A DNA stretch of 64,000 bases. It comes from Octopus bimaculoides. Taxonomy: Eukaryota. Where the stretch lies: NCBI RefSeq assembly GCF_001194135.2, contig NC_068989.1, forward strand, positions 72,034,113 through 72,098,112, given 5' to 3'. Position 1 is the first letter of the stretch, and each line of letters starts with the position of its first letter. This document shows, one piece after another, positions 1 to 13,027 of the stretch. The notes under the pieces were generated by a model that was not told the DNA's origin, did not search any database, and was given only the letters and a program-made list of their open reading frames with translations. The translations under genes and the position numbers were made by a program.

Positions 1-136
1 CACATATATTGATGTTTTTAAATATTTTTTCCCTCATAAACACATTTTATGGAATGATGTGGTCCATAACTGGGATTTACACAACAACAAAAAAATTGTA
101 ATCTAAACTTTTAATCCCTACTCAGCACCAATTGAG

Positions 137-181
<45 letters not shown>

Positions 182-617
182 ATGTGTAAGAAAAAAAAAT
201 CATATTTACTAACAGAAAAGTATGCCATTAAAATAAATATTCTTTTACATCCCTTTTTAAAATCACTGTCGCCCTAATGAAATTCCTTACACACATGCAT
301 ACATGCACACTGACACACACACACATACAACATGAGCAAAATACTTTTATAGAAAGTAAGAAAGTTTTACCATTAGAAAACGAAAGAGATAAACAATAGA
401 GATAATTCTGTTGGTGTCACAGATTTTGGTATATTGATGTACTAGATTTAATGTGTATATAAGCAGATTGGCTGCTCCCTCTGTGGTTTGGTCAAATAAT
501 GTAGATACCCCTGATAAAACCCCAAATAAGGGTTGTAAATTGATTAAGGATCTTCATAAATTTTCCAAGGTAAAATATGCCATATTTATTAGCTGTAACT
601 ATGAAATAAGAACTTAC

Positions 618-776
618 TTCAATTCCTTCTTTGTTTATTACGGAACTATCCATTTTTAATATAGCAGCTTTGATTGTACGAGGTGGAGGCAACACCTTGA
701 GACCAATGTTGATTGCATTTGAGCGCTTTGGATCCAGGACTGTGATTTCTTTCTTGGTTGATGTATCAGCCTTCTG
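618..776 (-). CDS. FHOD3: FHOD FH2 exon (159 nt, phase 0 to 0): [53 protein letters not shown]
   Basis: Acceptor cttcctcttctag (tandem TAG-CAG-AAG), donor gtaagt; canonical FH2 [13 protein letters not shown] motif. Confidence 0.95.
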
Positions 777-1107
777 CTAGAAGAGGAAGCCAATTATACG
801 GATTAAATTTGAACTAGAAAATGTGTTTTGGATTTTTTTCTTTTTCTTTTCCTAGTTTACATTCTAACTTTAGTAATAAAAACTTAGTTCAAAACAAAAA
901 CTAGACACTAGAAAAATAAGAAATCACTATTTTTAACTGTCAAAATTGAGCCATTTTCTTAGTTTTATGGGCCTAAACTCATAGAAGACAGAGGACAAAA
1001 TATTTAATTGATCCTTATACTAATATCTAAAACTTTATATATTCATTAAATTCTGATTAAGTTTATGATCTATCATTGTAGAATATAAATTCTTTTACAA
1101 CTCCAAA

Positions 1108-1148
<41 letters not shown>

Positions 1149-2766
1149 TATTTGTCTTTACTTGATTTATGACTGCTTTCTGTCCCTCTTTTAACTATTT
1201 TCTAAGGAGCTGCTTAAAATAAGCTTATTATTGTTATTATTATTGGTATTTTTCTTTTGATTACTTCATCAATAACCATTTAAAAATAATTAAATTTTCA
1301 ACAAAACATGTAATTTTTTCTTTCAGATGATGATGAGAGGCTGAAGAAAAAAAAAGGAGGAGGAAGAAAATAAGGAAGAAAGGGATAATAATAATGATGA
1401 AAAAAAAAAGGAAAAGAGGTTTTTAGTGGAATGGTGGTAGGTTGTGGTAGGGTGGGAGGAGGGAGCAAAAACAAGATGGATATGAATGTGATGAAATGAT
1501 ATAAAATTAAAATCAAGGAAAAAGAAATTAAAATTGATAAAAAGAAAAAGGAAAAAAAAAGAAAAGGAAACCAAAATTAAAGAGTTTACAAAACAAAAGA
1601 GAAAAAAAAACTGGAGTAAAAATAAAGATAGAAAATTATAAATAAATTTAAAAATACGTCAGTTCTACATACTATTGAAACGAAAATGTCTAACATGCAA
1701 TATAGTAGAACAAAGGTGAAAAGAGAAAAAAAAAAGTGTAAAGGAGTAAATACTACTACTACTACTACTACTACTGCTATTACTACTTCAAACCAGATTC
1801 TTGCTATGTGGTCGAATGTTCAGAAAGTGATAACCATGCAAAAGTGGAGGTGGTGGTGGTGTAGGTGGTGGGTACAGAAGCAGTAAGCTGACGGTGAATG
1901 TGTCTGCAGATTGCTCTTGCAGAACACATACATATACATACATACAGTAAACACACTCAGAGTTGTTATGAATCTCTTCTGATGAGCCTCAGGATGAAAC
2001 TGGTGGTGTTTTTACATTCGTGCATCTGTGCACTTCAGTGTGAAGACGTTTGTAGTTCTCTGCTGTTTGCAATGCTACATTGTTGATCTTCAAAATTCTT
2101 TCTTGCATTTTTTTCTTCAATATTTTACTTTATCATTATTATTATTGTTTTCATGGCTACCAGCTGCAAGCTGCTTTACATTGCCATTTTGACTAACAGA
2201 CTAACAGCAAGAGCATTGGGGTGGAGGGCATGCTTTTGAGGCATTTTTTGTAGCAGACTTTCCAATGACCATGTCTGCATCAGGCAGGCAAAAGCCAGCT
2301 TTGCATAATGCTTTACACATGGTCTGCTTGGCACAGACAAAGGGTTTGTATTTCACATAACACACAAACACCCCCCCCCCCACACACACAATTTTGAATT
2401 TTTCTGCACAAAGCTGCTTTAATTGAAATAAGATACACTGTTTTTTTTTGTTTTTCAAAATGAGTTTTTGGATAGCTTTTAGCTTCTTTGCTAAGCTCTT
2501 TATATGCAAATATTTCAAAGTATCACAGATGTAATATAGAAAGATAAAAATCAAGGTAGCCCAAGAACGCAAATAACTGCNNNNNNNNNNCTAAGCTCTT
2601 TATATGCAAATATTTCAAAGTATCACAGATGTAATATAGAAAGATAAAAATCAAGGTAGCCCAAGAACGCAAATAACTGCAAAGCAAAGCCCTTGTTTTA
2701 CACACATTTTTATCTCTGCATGTGTATTTGTTATTAAAGATTTATTTGAAGCCATTTAAAACCCAA

Positions 2767-2817
<51 letters not shown>

Positions 2818-4620
2818 TATATACATACACACATCAAAGATATTATTTTCTGTTTCAAGGAAAGTTCTGACATTTTGCTAAAAAATTGTAGGATATTTTC
2901 CAAACAGTCAGAAGAGTAACATGTATTCAATGGAAAATTAAACACTGGAGTTTTTCTCATTAATAAATAATAAATAGGTATTATATTTATCTTAAAAATA
3001 AATTGTATGTGTGTGTTTATTCATCTTAGAAGTAAACTGTATGTGTGTATTAAAATAAATTATTAACCAATCATTTCTTTTTGAGCTACAGTGGATGATT
3101 GTAGTAATACAAGATATAGAGACTTTGTTGTATTAAGAGCAGAGTACCTGGATCTTACTCAGGTGAAGATCGTAGTCCATCACAGGTAAAAAAAGAATCT
3201 ATCTAGTACTAATCCTCAACTTGCAGGTGACCAGAGGTACATAAAATTAAATATCCTCTCATAGACATAATCAAATGTGGGCTGATCTCGAAACCTGTGA
3301 GTTCAATGTCTTATCCATCCAGTTGTGTGTGTGTGTGTGTGCACAGACACACACATACAGAGCCTATATTACAAAGATTTTAAAGAGTATTAAAAGGAGG
3401 GTTAAAATTGAGACTTGTTAGGGAGAGTTATCTCTGATGGTATTAGGGTAGGAAAAATATGTCACTTTAAAATGGTAAAATTAATTAGAGTTCAATTACA
3501 ATGGGCAGCATAGTTTTAAATTTATTAGCAGAATTACCACCATTTGTAGGTTTACACTATTTGTGAGCAGATATTTTAGTAAGTAGCCATTGCCGGCATA
3601 TTAGAAGGCTGTCTAAAAATGTACTGTTTTTTTCCTATCACTATTCATCGAAGTGTTGGCGGCTTTGTTTTAGACTTTGGAGCTAGTCACAGAGTGAGAA
3701 TTCTAAATCAAATAATCTTGCCTGAATCTTGCTTAACAGCTGAAAAGAGGTCTAAAGAATTTGAAACGGGAGTCATTAGGAAACCGAACCCTTCTGAGAG
3801 AGAGTGATATCAAAAGATACTAAAAGCAACACAGAACATTAGCAGCTGATTTAGCTGACATGTTAAAGACCAGGAGCAATGCCTTTGCCAGAGGCTTGAA
3901 AAATGCACAAGATCCAATCTAACCTTATGCATTCTGGTACTAATGAAGAAAATTAAATAATTAAAATATGTTCATATAATAGCAAATTACTGAGTTTAAA
4001 ATTTTAAATATCAAAAATGAAATTGGACAGGATCAAGATCAGTAAGTATTTAAGAAATTAAAGTTGCAGATAATTTGCTGCAAGTATTGTGCTATAATTC
4101 TCAAGCAACACATCTCTCTCTTTGCTTGCTTTAATGTCCTTCGTAATAGGAAGGGACATTTACAAATCCAGCTGAACAATTTGTAAATGTGTACATTTGT
4201 TTAATACCCATTTTCCCTCAATGCTGGCATGAGTTAGATCAATATATATATATAATGAATTCACTTAGGTATAATGATATTAACAACCAGTTGTTACAAC
4301 TCAGTATGGTTATGCTTTAGATGATTTTTATATATATATATATAAATTAAATATAGAGATATTCTATTGACAATCCAATAATTTATTTATATTAGAATAT
4401 TACATTAAATACCATTAATATAATATGACATGATATTATATAAATAATTATAAAACTGTAAAAGGCCAACAAATTTCCTCAGTTGGTTACTTTATATATA
4501 TGTATACACACACACACACACACATACAACATAAGTGTTTTTGGATTTGTTTTACATTTATTCTTTCCTATGTAAGCAAGAGCTAGTTCAGATCATGTCT
4601 ATCTATCTCCCTCACTTTCT

Positions 4621-4656
<36 letters not shown>

Positions 4657-7600
4657 CCATCATACTGATGGGTACAGGACAAAACGAATGTAAAACAGCA
4701 GAAATAAAAATCCTGTATCTCTGTCTGTTAAACTCTTAAAGGAGAATTTATAATATTCAAGCATGTATTCTCCTGGGTAAGTTTTCTAAGTGGATCTGGA
4801 GATGAGGGGAGGGGGGAAGTTGTAGTCAAATTGATGAGCCATCTTGGATCATCAATTTCACAGAAATAGATCTATTTTTTTCTCTTTGTAAGCAGTTCTG
4901 ATAATGGTATTTCTGAAGTCTTTATTTGAAGGAAATAAAATGAAATATAAAAAAAAAAAATGAAAACAAAAGAAAAATGAAGAAAATTCAGACAGAACCC
5001 ATGCATTAAAAAAGGGAAGAAAAAGAAAATGACTGTATGTGTAAAGATGAAAAATAAAAATGAATCATGAATATTTCTGGATGAGGGTAGGGAGGAAGAG
5101 TTGATGATTTCTTGGGAAATGGTAAACGGCTGATGGAGAGAGAGAAAATGAAAACAACACTTTACATAAATATCAGAGCGGCTTGCATTTTAAACACATT
5201 TCTGTGCAACAAAGCACAATCTTAGACTATGGTTATAAGAAATGGCAAACAAAATGATTTAATTTATAATTAAAAAAAAAAAAAAAATCCCAAAGAGAAT
5301 TCAATAAATTTAAAAGATATATATATATATACATTAAAAAAAAAAAGCATAGAGGTACAATAGTTACTAAAAGGTAGGGGGAAAGCAATTAAAACTAAAA
5401 CCCAAAAACCACACACACAAAAAAAGATCTTTTAGTAGATAGAATTTAAGCTATTTCAGACATTAAAAAGAAAAATCCTTAAAATTTAGGTTTTCATTCG
5501 TGTTTAAAACTGTTTAGAGTTTAGATGGAGTCACCCATGAAGCCTTTTCAGCTTAATAAACTATTATGATGACAAAAGTAGTCTGATATGTTAAATGGAA
5601 TTAAATTTTAAATCGTTTTTGTTAGAATAATAATATCTTAATGAGCTTATATTTTCATTTGATATATTTACTCCAGTTTCTTAGTATCAAATTAATCCCT
5701 CTTTATATCATCTAAACAAAAGATCACAGTGAAACAAGGTTGGATGCAGTGCATGGGTTTGTGCTATGTTTAGCACATTCATAAGTTTCTATCAATTTAT
5801 TGGCAGTGCATTTGGTGTTAAAATATAATTAATTCATTGGCTTCGTTCTACTTGGCAATAAACTTTTAATACATATAGAGTTGCTTCCCCTTGGTACATA
5901 TTTGGATTTATTTATAATATTGAATTTGTAGAGAAAGATGATGAACTGTCTTGGTGATTTCAACATAAAAGCATCCAGCCGTTCAAACAATTAGACGACC
6001 TACTCAATGATTAACATATGAAATGGCTGAGTATTCCACAGTGCATTAAGTATCCCTCGTGTAATTCTCAAGTAGAATCAGCAGAACACAATGAACTGAA
6101 ACTGAGCCTTTGGATTACAGATAGAGTCTATCTGATGGGCTTCTACACAATTTCCGTTTTACCCAGTTACACTCAAAAGATTTCAGTCGATCCAAGGTTA
6201 AAGAAACTTGCCCGACAAACCATTCAGTGGTATTGAACTTGAGACCTCATGGTTGTAAAGTGAACTGCTTAACCATTCGGCCATTCTGACATCCAATGTG
6301 AAGAAAAGTAAACTGAGCCAAAAAATAATATCTTTTTGAGTGAATACTGCAGAAAAGTGCTGATTTAATATAAATTTCATGATATAACTAACAAAGAGCA
6401 AACATAAAAATACGTTTTGCTATTATTTCCTGAACTATATACAATTCAACAGAAATCTTGATAAACCATTGCAGTTTGTTACACAACACAGCACACAGTA
6501 TAATATGCTTGTAAATAAAATTAACTTCACAAAATACAGCCTTAAAAAAATAACATATTTCAGCTTTGCAAAAGAAAAAAGAAAAAATCTTCACACATTT
6601 TCTGTAAAAAGTTTTTAAAAAAAGGGGGCAGGGAGAAGCACAGGAAAACTTAGGTGAAAAAAAATGGAAAATTTGCTTATATTAATAATCCAAGAGTTTA
6701 CTTTTAGTTTAGTTTGAAACTTTCAATCAAGAATCAATACTAATTTGTTTTCATCCATTTTCTTTCATCTCTAGCAATGGTTAGTATCCATTGAGGAGAA
6801 ACAAGAGAGAGAGAGAGCACATGAGAGGTATTACTTTTCTGTTGCATGAAGTAGCTTCACCTGCAGCAGATGTTATTGTAGCTACAGATCAAGAGCAGGC
6901 CTTGTAGCTCATATGGGAGCCTAGCAGAGATGATTACTGAACAAGAACAGCCAACGATGGAGAGATGGCAACAATATATATATATATATATCATCATCAT
7001 CATCATCATTGTTTAACATCCGCTTTCCATGCTAGCATGGGTTGGACGATTTGACTGAGGACTGGTGAACCAGATGGCTACACCAGGCTCCAATCTGATT
7101 TGGCAGTTTTTACAGCTGGATGCCCTTCCTAATGCCAACCACTCCGAGAGTGTAGTGGGTGCTTTTACGTGTCACCGGCACGAAGGCCAGTCAGGCGGTA
7201 CTGGCAACGGCAGCGCTCGAAATGGTGTATTTTACGTGCCACCTGCACAGGAGCTGAAGAAAAGGTTTTCATTTCAGGACACTTTAGAATGATGTGTTTT
7301 TATGTATAATATCATGCTTCAGTCTTGACTAAATAACTAAGCATGCAGTTAAAATTTCAGTAATTGCATAATTATATTTACAAATATTATTTTACTGACG
7401 ACCTTTTTTCTAAAATTCACAATGATATCTTTTTTTAAAGAATTATATTGGAAGCTTTCCTCAAACTATATACATATCATCATCATTGTTTAGCATTCAT
7501 TTTCCATGCTGATATGGGTTCAATAAAAACCGATAGCCAGAGTACTGCACCAAGTTTCAATGTCTGCTTTCTAATTATTCAGTTGGTTTTCATAGCAAAT

Positions 7601-10487
7601 ATAACAATGAAATAATAATTACAGATATTTCATGCCCAACTAATGTACATAGATGTTGGGTAAAATCTGCTTTAATAATTTTTGTGGTTTGTAAGTTATA
7701 TTCAGTAGTAGATGTAGGGAAATCTAACTAAGTTATTCAATAGTAAACAACCATAAACAGAAAGGGACCCATTTTTTTAAAACTATATATATATCATATC
7801 TTCGCATGAAGAAAGTTACATTATTTAGAAATATGTCTGTAATATAATCTATATAATTTCTGTGTATTTTTAAATGCAAGCTCTGCAGGATATATATATA
7901 GAGAGCGATGGATGTATAAAATGGACGTATATATGAGTTAACATGTGGTTAATATCATAAGACAAAAGTATAATAGAAATTTTGGATGAAATTCAACAGC
8001 CAGAAGTGTCACAAATTACACTACAAACATTTAACTTTTAGTTTAAAGTGAAACCTCCGACAAACCGTAAGTAAAGCTGTGTCTGTTGAGCCACGTTGAA
8101 AACCAGCCAGGTAATTGAAAAATTACAATATTCAAACTTTACGATGAGACACACTTGGTAGACACACCAAAAAGAAAACTTATCACACATAGCTTGGTTA
8201 TAGAAGCAACAAACCCAGCATTAAGAGCAGAGCCATATGGTATATAGGCTTAATGATCAGAGAAAACAGGAAATAGCAAGTGGAAAATAGTCTCCCTTAC
8301 TGGAAGTTGAAATGTTCAAAACTATTTATTCATAGTTATGAAGTGTGATTCAAATTCATGTGCATATATATATGCACACACACATATATATATATAATAC
8401 ACATGATGGTAAAACATCTGGAATTTGTTTACATTCCTGCAATGGATCTGTATTAAAATGAAAGGATAGAAGGATTGAAGTTCAATTCAATAAGAAGTGT
8501 TGGTAAAGAATTTTGCCAAAGAATAACCGTAAAGCTAAGTTTCTGAAACTTTTGAGATGGACCCTGCCACTTCCCACTATTCTTTGAAGTACAAAGGAAG
8601 AAGAGATATACTTATCACTGAAAGAAAGAATTATTCAATCAAATTCTGATAAAATACAGGTTTCTTTTCATTTTCTCTGCTGGTAGATGTTGTGGTAGTT
8701 TTTATTCCTACCTTCAATGAGGTGTGTCAGTCAGATTCTCAGACTCAACAAATTATTGCTTTTTTTTTTTTATTGATAAATACACACCATATGCAATAAT
8801 GTGTTGAAAAAGTTTTATTATTAATGCAAGGTGTATGAACCAATGATATATTTTGACTGAAGAAACTAAGGATAACTATACAAAAAAATATATATGTGGC
8901 ATCCAAACTTTCTAATGAAGATGATTGGAAAGAGAGAAGGAAAGAAGCTGATGAAGAAACGAGCAAAGATTGTGTAAAGAGGAATGACAGATTAGAAGGA
9001 TGGAATACTTTTGGAAAAAGTTGAAACTGATGAAAAATAAGATGAATGAATATATGTATAAAGATATACATATATATATATGAAGATACATGTGTGTATG
9101 ACCACCATCTAGGGTGGTCAGTGCCTTACCACGACTTCCTGTTAGTTGGCAGCGAACATGCAATCATGCGTGACATCCAGCAACAATGTGCATGAAAAGA
9201 GAAAATAAGCGAGTGTGATTAATAACAATGTTTGACCAGACAAGTGCTATAAGCCTTTCCTGAAAGAGAAGTGTGAAGAATCAAGTCAATGGACAACAGC
9301 GCTGCGCTGTGGCTTTTGCATTGTAGTTGCAGGATAGCTTGCTTGTTTGGGTAAGTGCAGTATAGGGAGGAGAAATATAAAATCAAACATCTATGATAAT
9401 TTTTACAAGTACGTAACATTCTTAATTGTGGGCAAAAAACGTAGTAAAACATAGTTATTCTGGTAACAAGATATTATTGGTGATTTACTTGAAAGAAAAA
9501 GACATTTAATTGCAGACTTTTATATCAGTATTGAGGTAAAAATAACAGGGAATTCATAAATGTTATTCAAACAATGAATCGGTGACTGGGTTGGTGGAAA
9601 CATGTAACCAATAATGCTATTGTTTACAAATTGCAATATAAAATTAATTGATTAATAAATTAGATATACTGTAAAACAAATTATAACTCAAATTTAATGT
9701 TCAGTTTTCAAATCCAACATTTCAAACCTATAATGTTAATTTTCTAACTTAAAATAAAAATTTTGCCATACCCTTTAGATTTTATAAACTTATACCACAT
9801 TAAGTTTTATAAAGAGACTGTTTATGAAAAATGGTCATTTTTTTTTACATTAGACTTACCAGTATTTCACAATAATCCTAATTAATGAATACCACTTCAA
9901 TAAGGTGGCTGGATTTGGACTGCTTTGTTATCTACTAACCCACTGCAGGATAAAAGGCAAATTTGGCATCAGAGGGAATTGAACTCAGTGTACTGAGAGC
10001 TGGAACAAGTATTACAAGACATTTTATCTGCTGCTTTAATGACTCCACCAACTTGTTGCCATAAACATAGGTAGACATATTGATGTCCTGATAATAAGCA
10101 TAAATGAGCACACATAATTTTCAAGGGATGGGAATAATTGATTAAATATATCTCCATGCTAAGAATATCATTATGTGGCCATATTCAAAGTGAGATAATT
10201 TGAGAATAGAGCAAAGTGAATGATGTGATCACAGAATACTGAAAGCATAAATTCTGCTGGACTGAACATGTCACAAGGTTCACAGACAACCAGCAGACCC
10301 ATGCAGTTGCCAAGTGGTATTTAAGAGATTGGAAAGGCCATTTGGAAGACCTCCATGATGATGGGAAGACAATTTAGTTAAGTGATTTGAGACAAGATAG
10401 AAAGAAGGCACAATCAAGAAAGGATTGAAAGTACATTGTGACAAGTGATGCATAACATCTGAGAGTTTGGTTCATACATTGATGTGC

Positions 10488-10526
<39 letters not shown>

Positions 10527-10536
10527 NNNNNNNNNN

Positions 10537-10578
<42 letters not shown>

Positions 10579-11547
10579 TGTATGTACAAAATGGAAGAGG
10601 GTTTATAATGTTAACCCCAGTATTTGACTGGTACTTTATCTTGACCATGGTAAAATTTGAACTTAGAACCTAAAGAGCTATAAATAAGGAGTGGTGGGAA
10701 CTTTTTCTGATGTCCTAATGATTTTGCCAGATAAGGTTCCACATTTTAAGTCATAATAACACATCTGGTATAATAAAATATTTAGTCACATGCAAGAGAA
10801 AAAAAATTTAGCATTATAATTGATATCTCCCCCATTGTTTACTCTTGAGATAAATGGAAAGCTCTTGACTGTAATAAAATAAAATAAATATATCTAGTTG
10901 TTAGACTCTAAGATAGCAGAAAGAAAGATATATATTCTATGTAAGAGAAAAAAATAACACTAGTTAACAAAGATAACACTGCTGAAAAAAAAATTAGAAT
11001 AAAGTATAGAGAAATGTTTTTAATGTAGAACACTTTAAATAAAATGCATTGTTAAAAACAAAAAAATATTTTTATAGTAAAGTGAATTAATTTGATTCAT
11101 TATAATTCTGAAATTAAAAAGTATTTCAGGAAAGCATAAAATCAATAAGTAGAATGTAGGTATCTGAAAAAGAAAATGAGTATTTCTATAATTTCTATGT
11201 GGTTCTGTAAGGTTAACCAACAGCAAATAGTAATAGTTTGTGATATAAAAATGCATTAGACACATTTACTTCAGTAGGAAATATATGGATGCTAAGAATT
11301 AATGCATGTAGGAAATGCTAGATGGCCATTTAACCTGTGCAGTTTTTTTTTTCTAATTGAGCCTAGTGTAAAATACAGCTGAATAAAATATTCATACAAA
11401 TCATTAGACTACACATCAAATGTGTGATATGTTATTCTTAATCCTGTTGGAGAAATTCCTGCCTCAGAGCATTGTGATCTACCTAATTAGAAAACAAATT
11501 GCTTTTGCTAGGTTGCTATATTATTCTCAAAAAACAATCACTTCTCA

Positions 11548-11593
<46 letters not shown>

Positions 11594-12987
11594 AAGAAAG
11601 AATAGTTCTGGTGTAGAATTAATGTCAAGAAATATAAAAATTCAGACTAGGATGTATTTTTTCTACATGGAAAATTTTACAATTTAGTAGCACTTGCAAC
11701 ATTAAGCCTAACACCTGAGGGATTATAATGATTAAGTGGATAAGTTATCGTTTCATTTATCAAGTAAAATAATATGTTAAAAAATAAAAAAAATAAAAGA
11801 ATGAGGAAATTAGTTTGTGAGAGAACAGAGAACTAAGCAGAAAGTAACATGTAATTTGCTGGTATATAGTGTAAAGATGAAGATTATTTCTCTTATTTCC
11901 ATAGGACTTCATTTCTGTTTTTTTAGGTGTGAAACAGGAATTTTAAGGAAATGGTAGTTAACACAAATTTCAAAAGGAAGTAACAATAGAAATGAAGGAC
12001 TTACAATTTGGAATCAAAATGAAACCACAGACTCAGTTATCTAAGAACTTCTAATTCTAACAAGGATAATAATCTTTTCTACTATAGGCACAAGGCCTGA
12101 AATTTTGGGGAAAGGGACTAGTCTATTATATCAACCCAGAGTTTAACTGGTACCTAATTTATCGAGCCTGAAAAGACAAAAGGCAAAGATGACCTTGGCA
12201 GAATTTAAACTCTATACAGCGACTGGCGAAATACCACTAAGCATTTCTTCCAGTGCGCTAATGGTTCTGCCAGCTCACCGCCTTCTAACAAGGATAATAA
12301 TAATAATAATGGTTTCTAATTTTCAAACAAGGACAGCAGTTTTGATGAGAGAGGGTAAGTCAATTATACTGAGCCCAGTACTTGACTGGTACTTTGTTTA
12401 GTCAACCTTGAAAGGATGAAAGGTAAAGTTGACCTCAGCATGATTTGAACTCAGAATATAAAGAGCTAGAAGAAATGCTGCTAAGTATTTTGTCCAGTGT
12501 GCTAATTATTCTAACAGCTTGCCACCCAAATGGCTTCAAATTTTAGCACAAGGCCATAAGTTTTGAGGGGAGGAAGCAAGTCAATTATGTTGACCCCCAA
12601 TACTTGACTGGTACTTTATTTTTTTAATACTGAAAGGATGCAAAGCAAAGTTGACCTCAGCAGGTTTTGAACCTAGAATGTAGTAGAACTAGAAGAAATG
12701 TGCTGCTAAACATTTCGTCTGATGTGCTAATGATTCTGATAGCTTACTGCCTTTGCCTTAATAATAATAATAATGATTTCAAATGTTGGCACAAGGCCAG
12801 CAATTTCAGGGAAGGGTGTAAGCCAATTACATCAACCTCAGTACTCAACTGGTACTTATTTTATTGACCCTGAAAGGATCAAAGGCAAAGTCAATCGTGG
12901 TGGAATTTGAACTCAGAATAGGGAGATGGAAGAAATTCTGCTCAGAGTTCTGCCAGCTTGCTGCCTTTTTTTAAAATTTTTTTATTA

Positions 12988-13027
<40 letters not shown>

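Noticed and set aside
2491-2680. Exact 90-bp direct duplication (2491-2580 and 2591-2680)
   Set aside because: The copies flank a 10-N gap, the typical sign of unmerged contig overlap; an assembly artefact.
4872-5129. Strong acceptor followed by an 85-codon hydrophobic phase-0 frame (possible TM tail)
   Set aside because: The Phe/Ile richness follows from the T-rich minus strand; no donor or other support.
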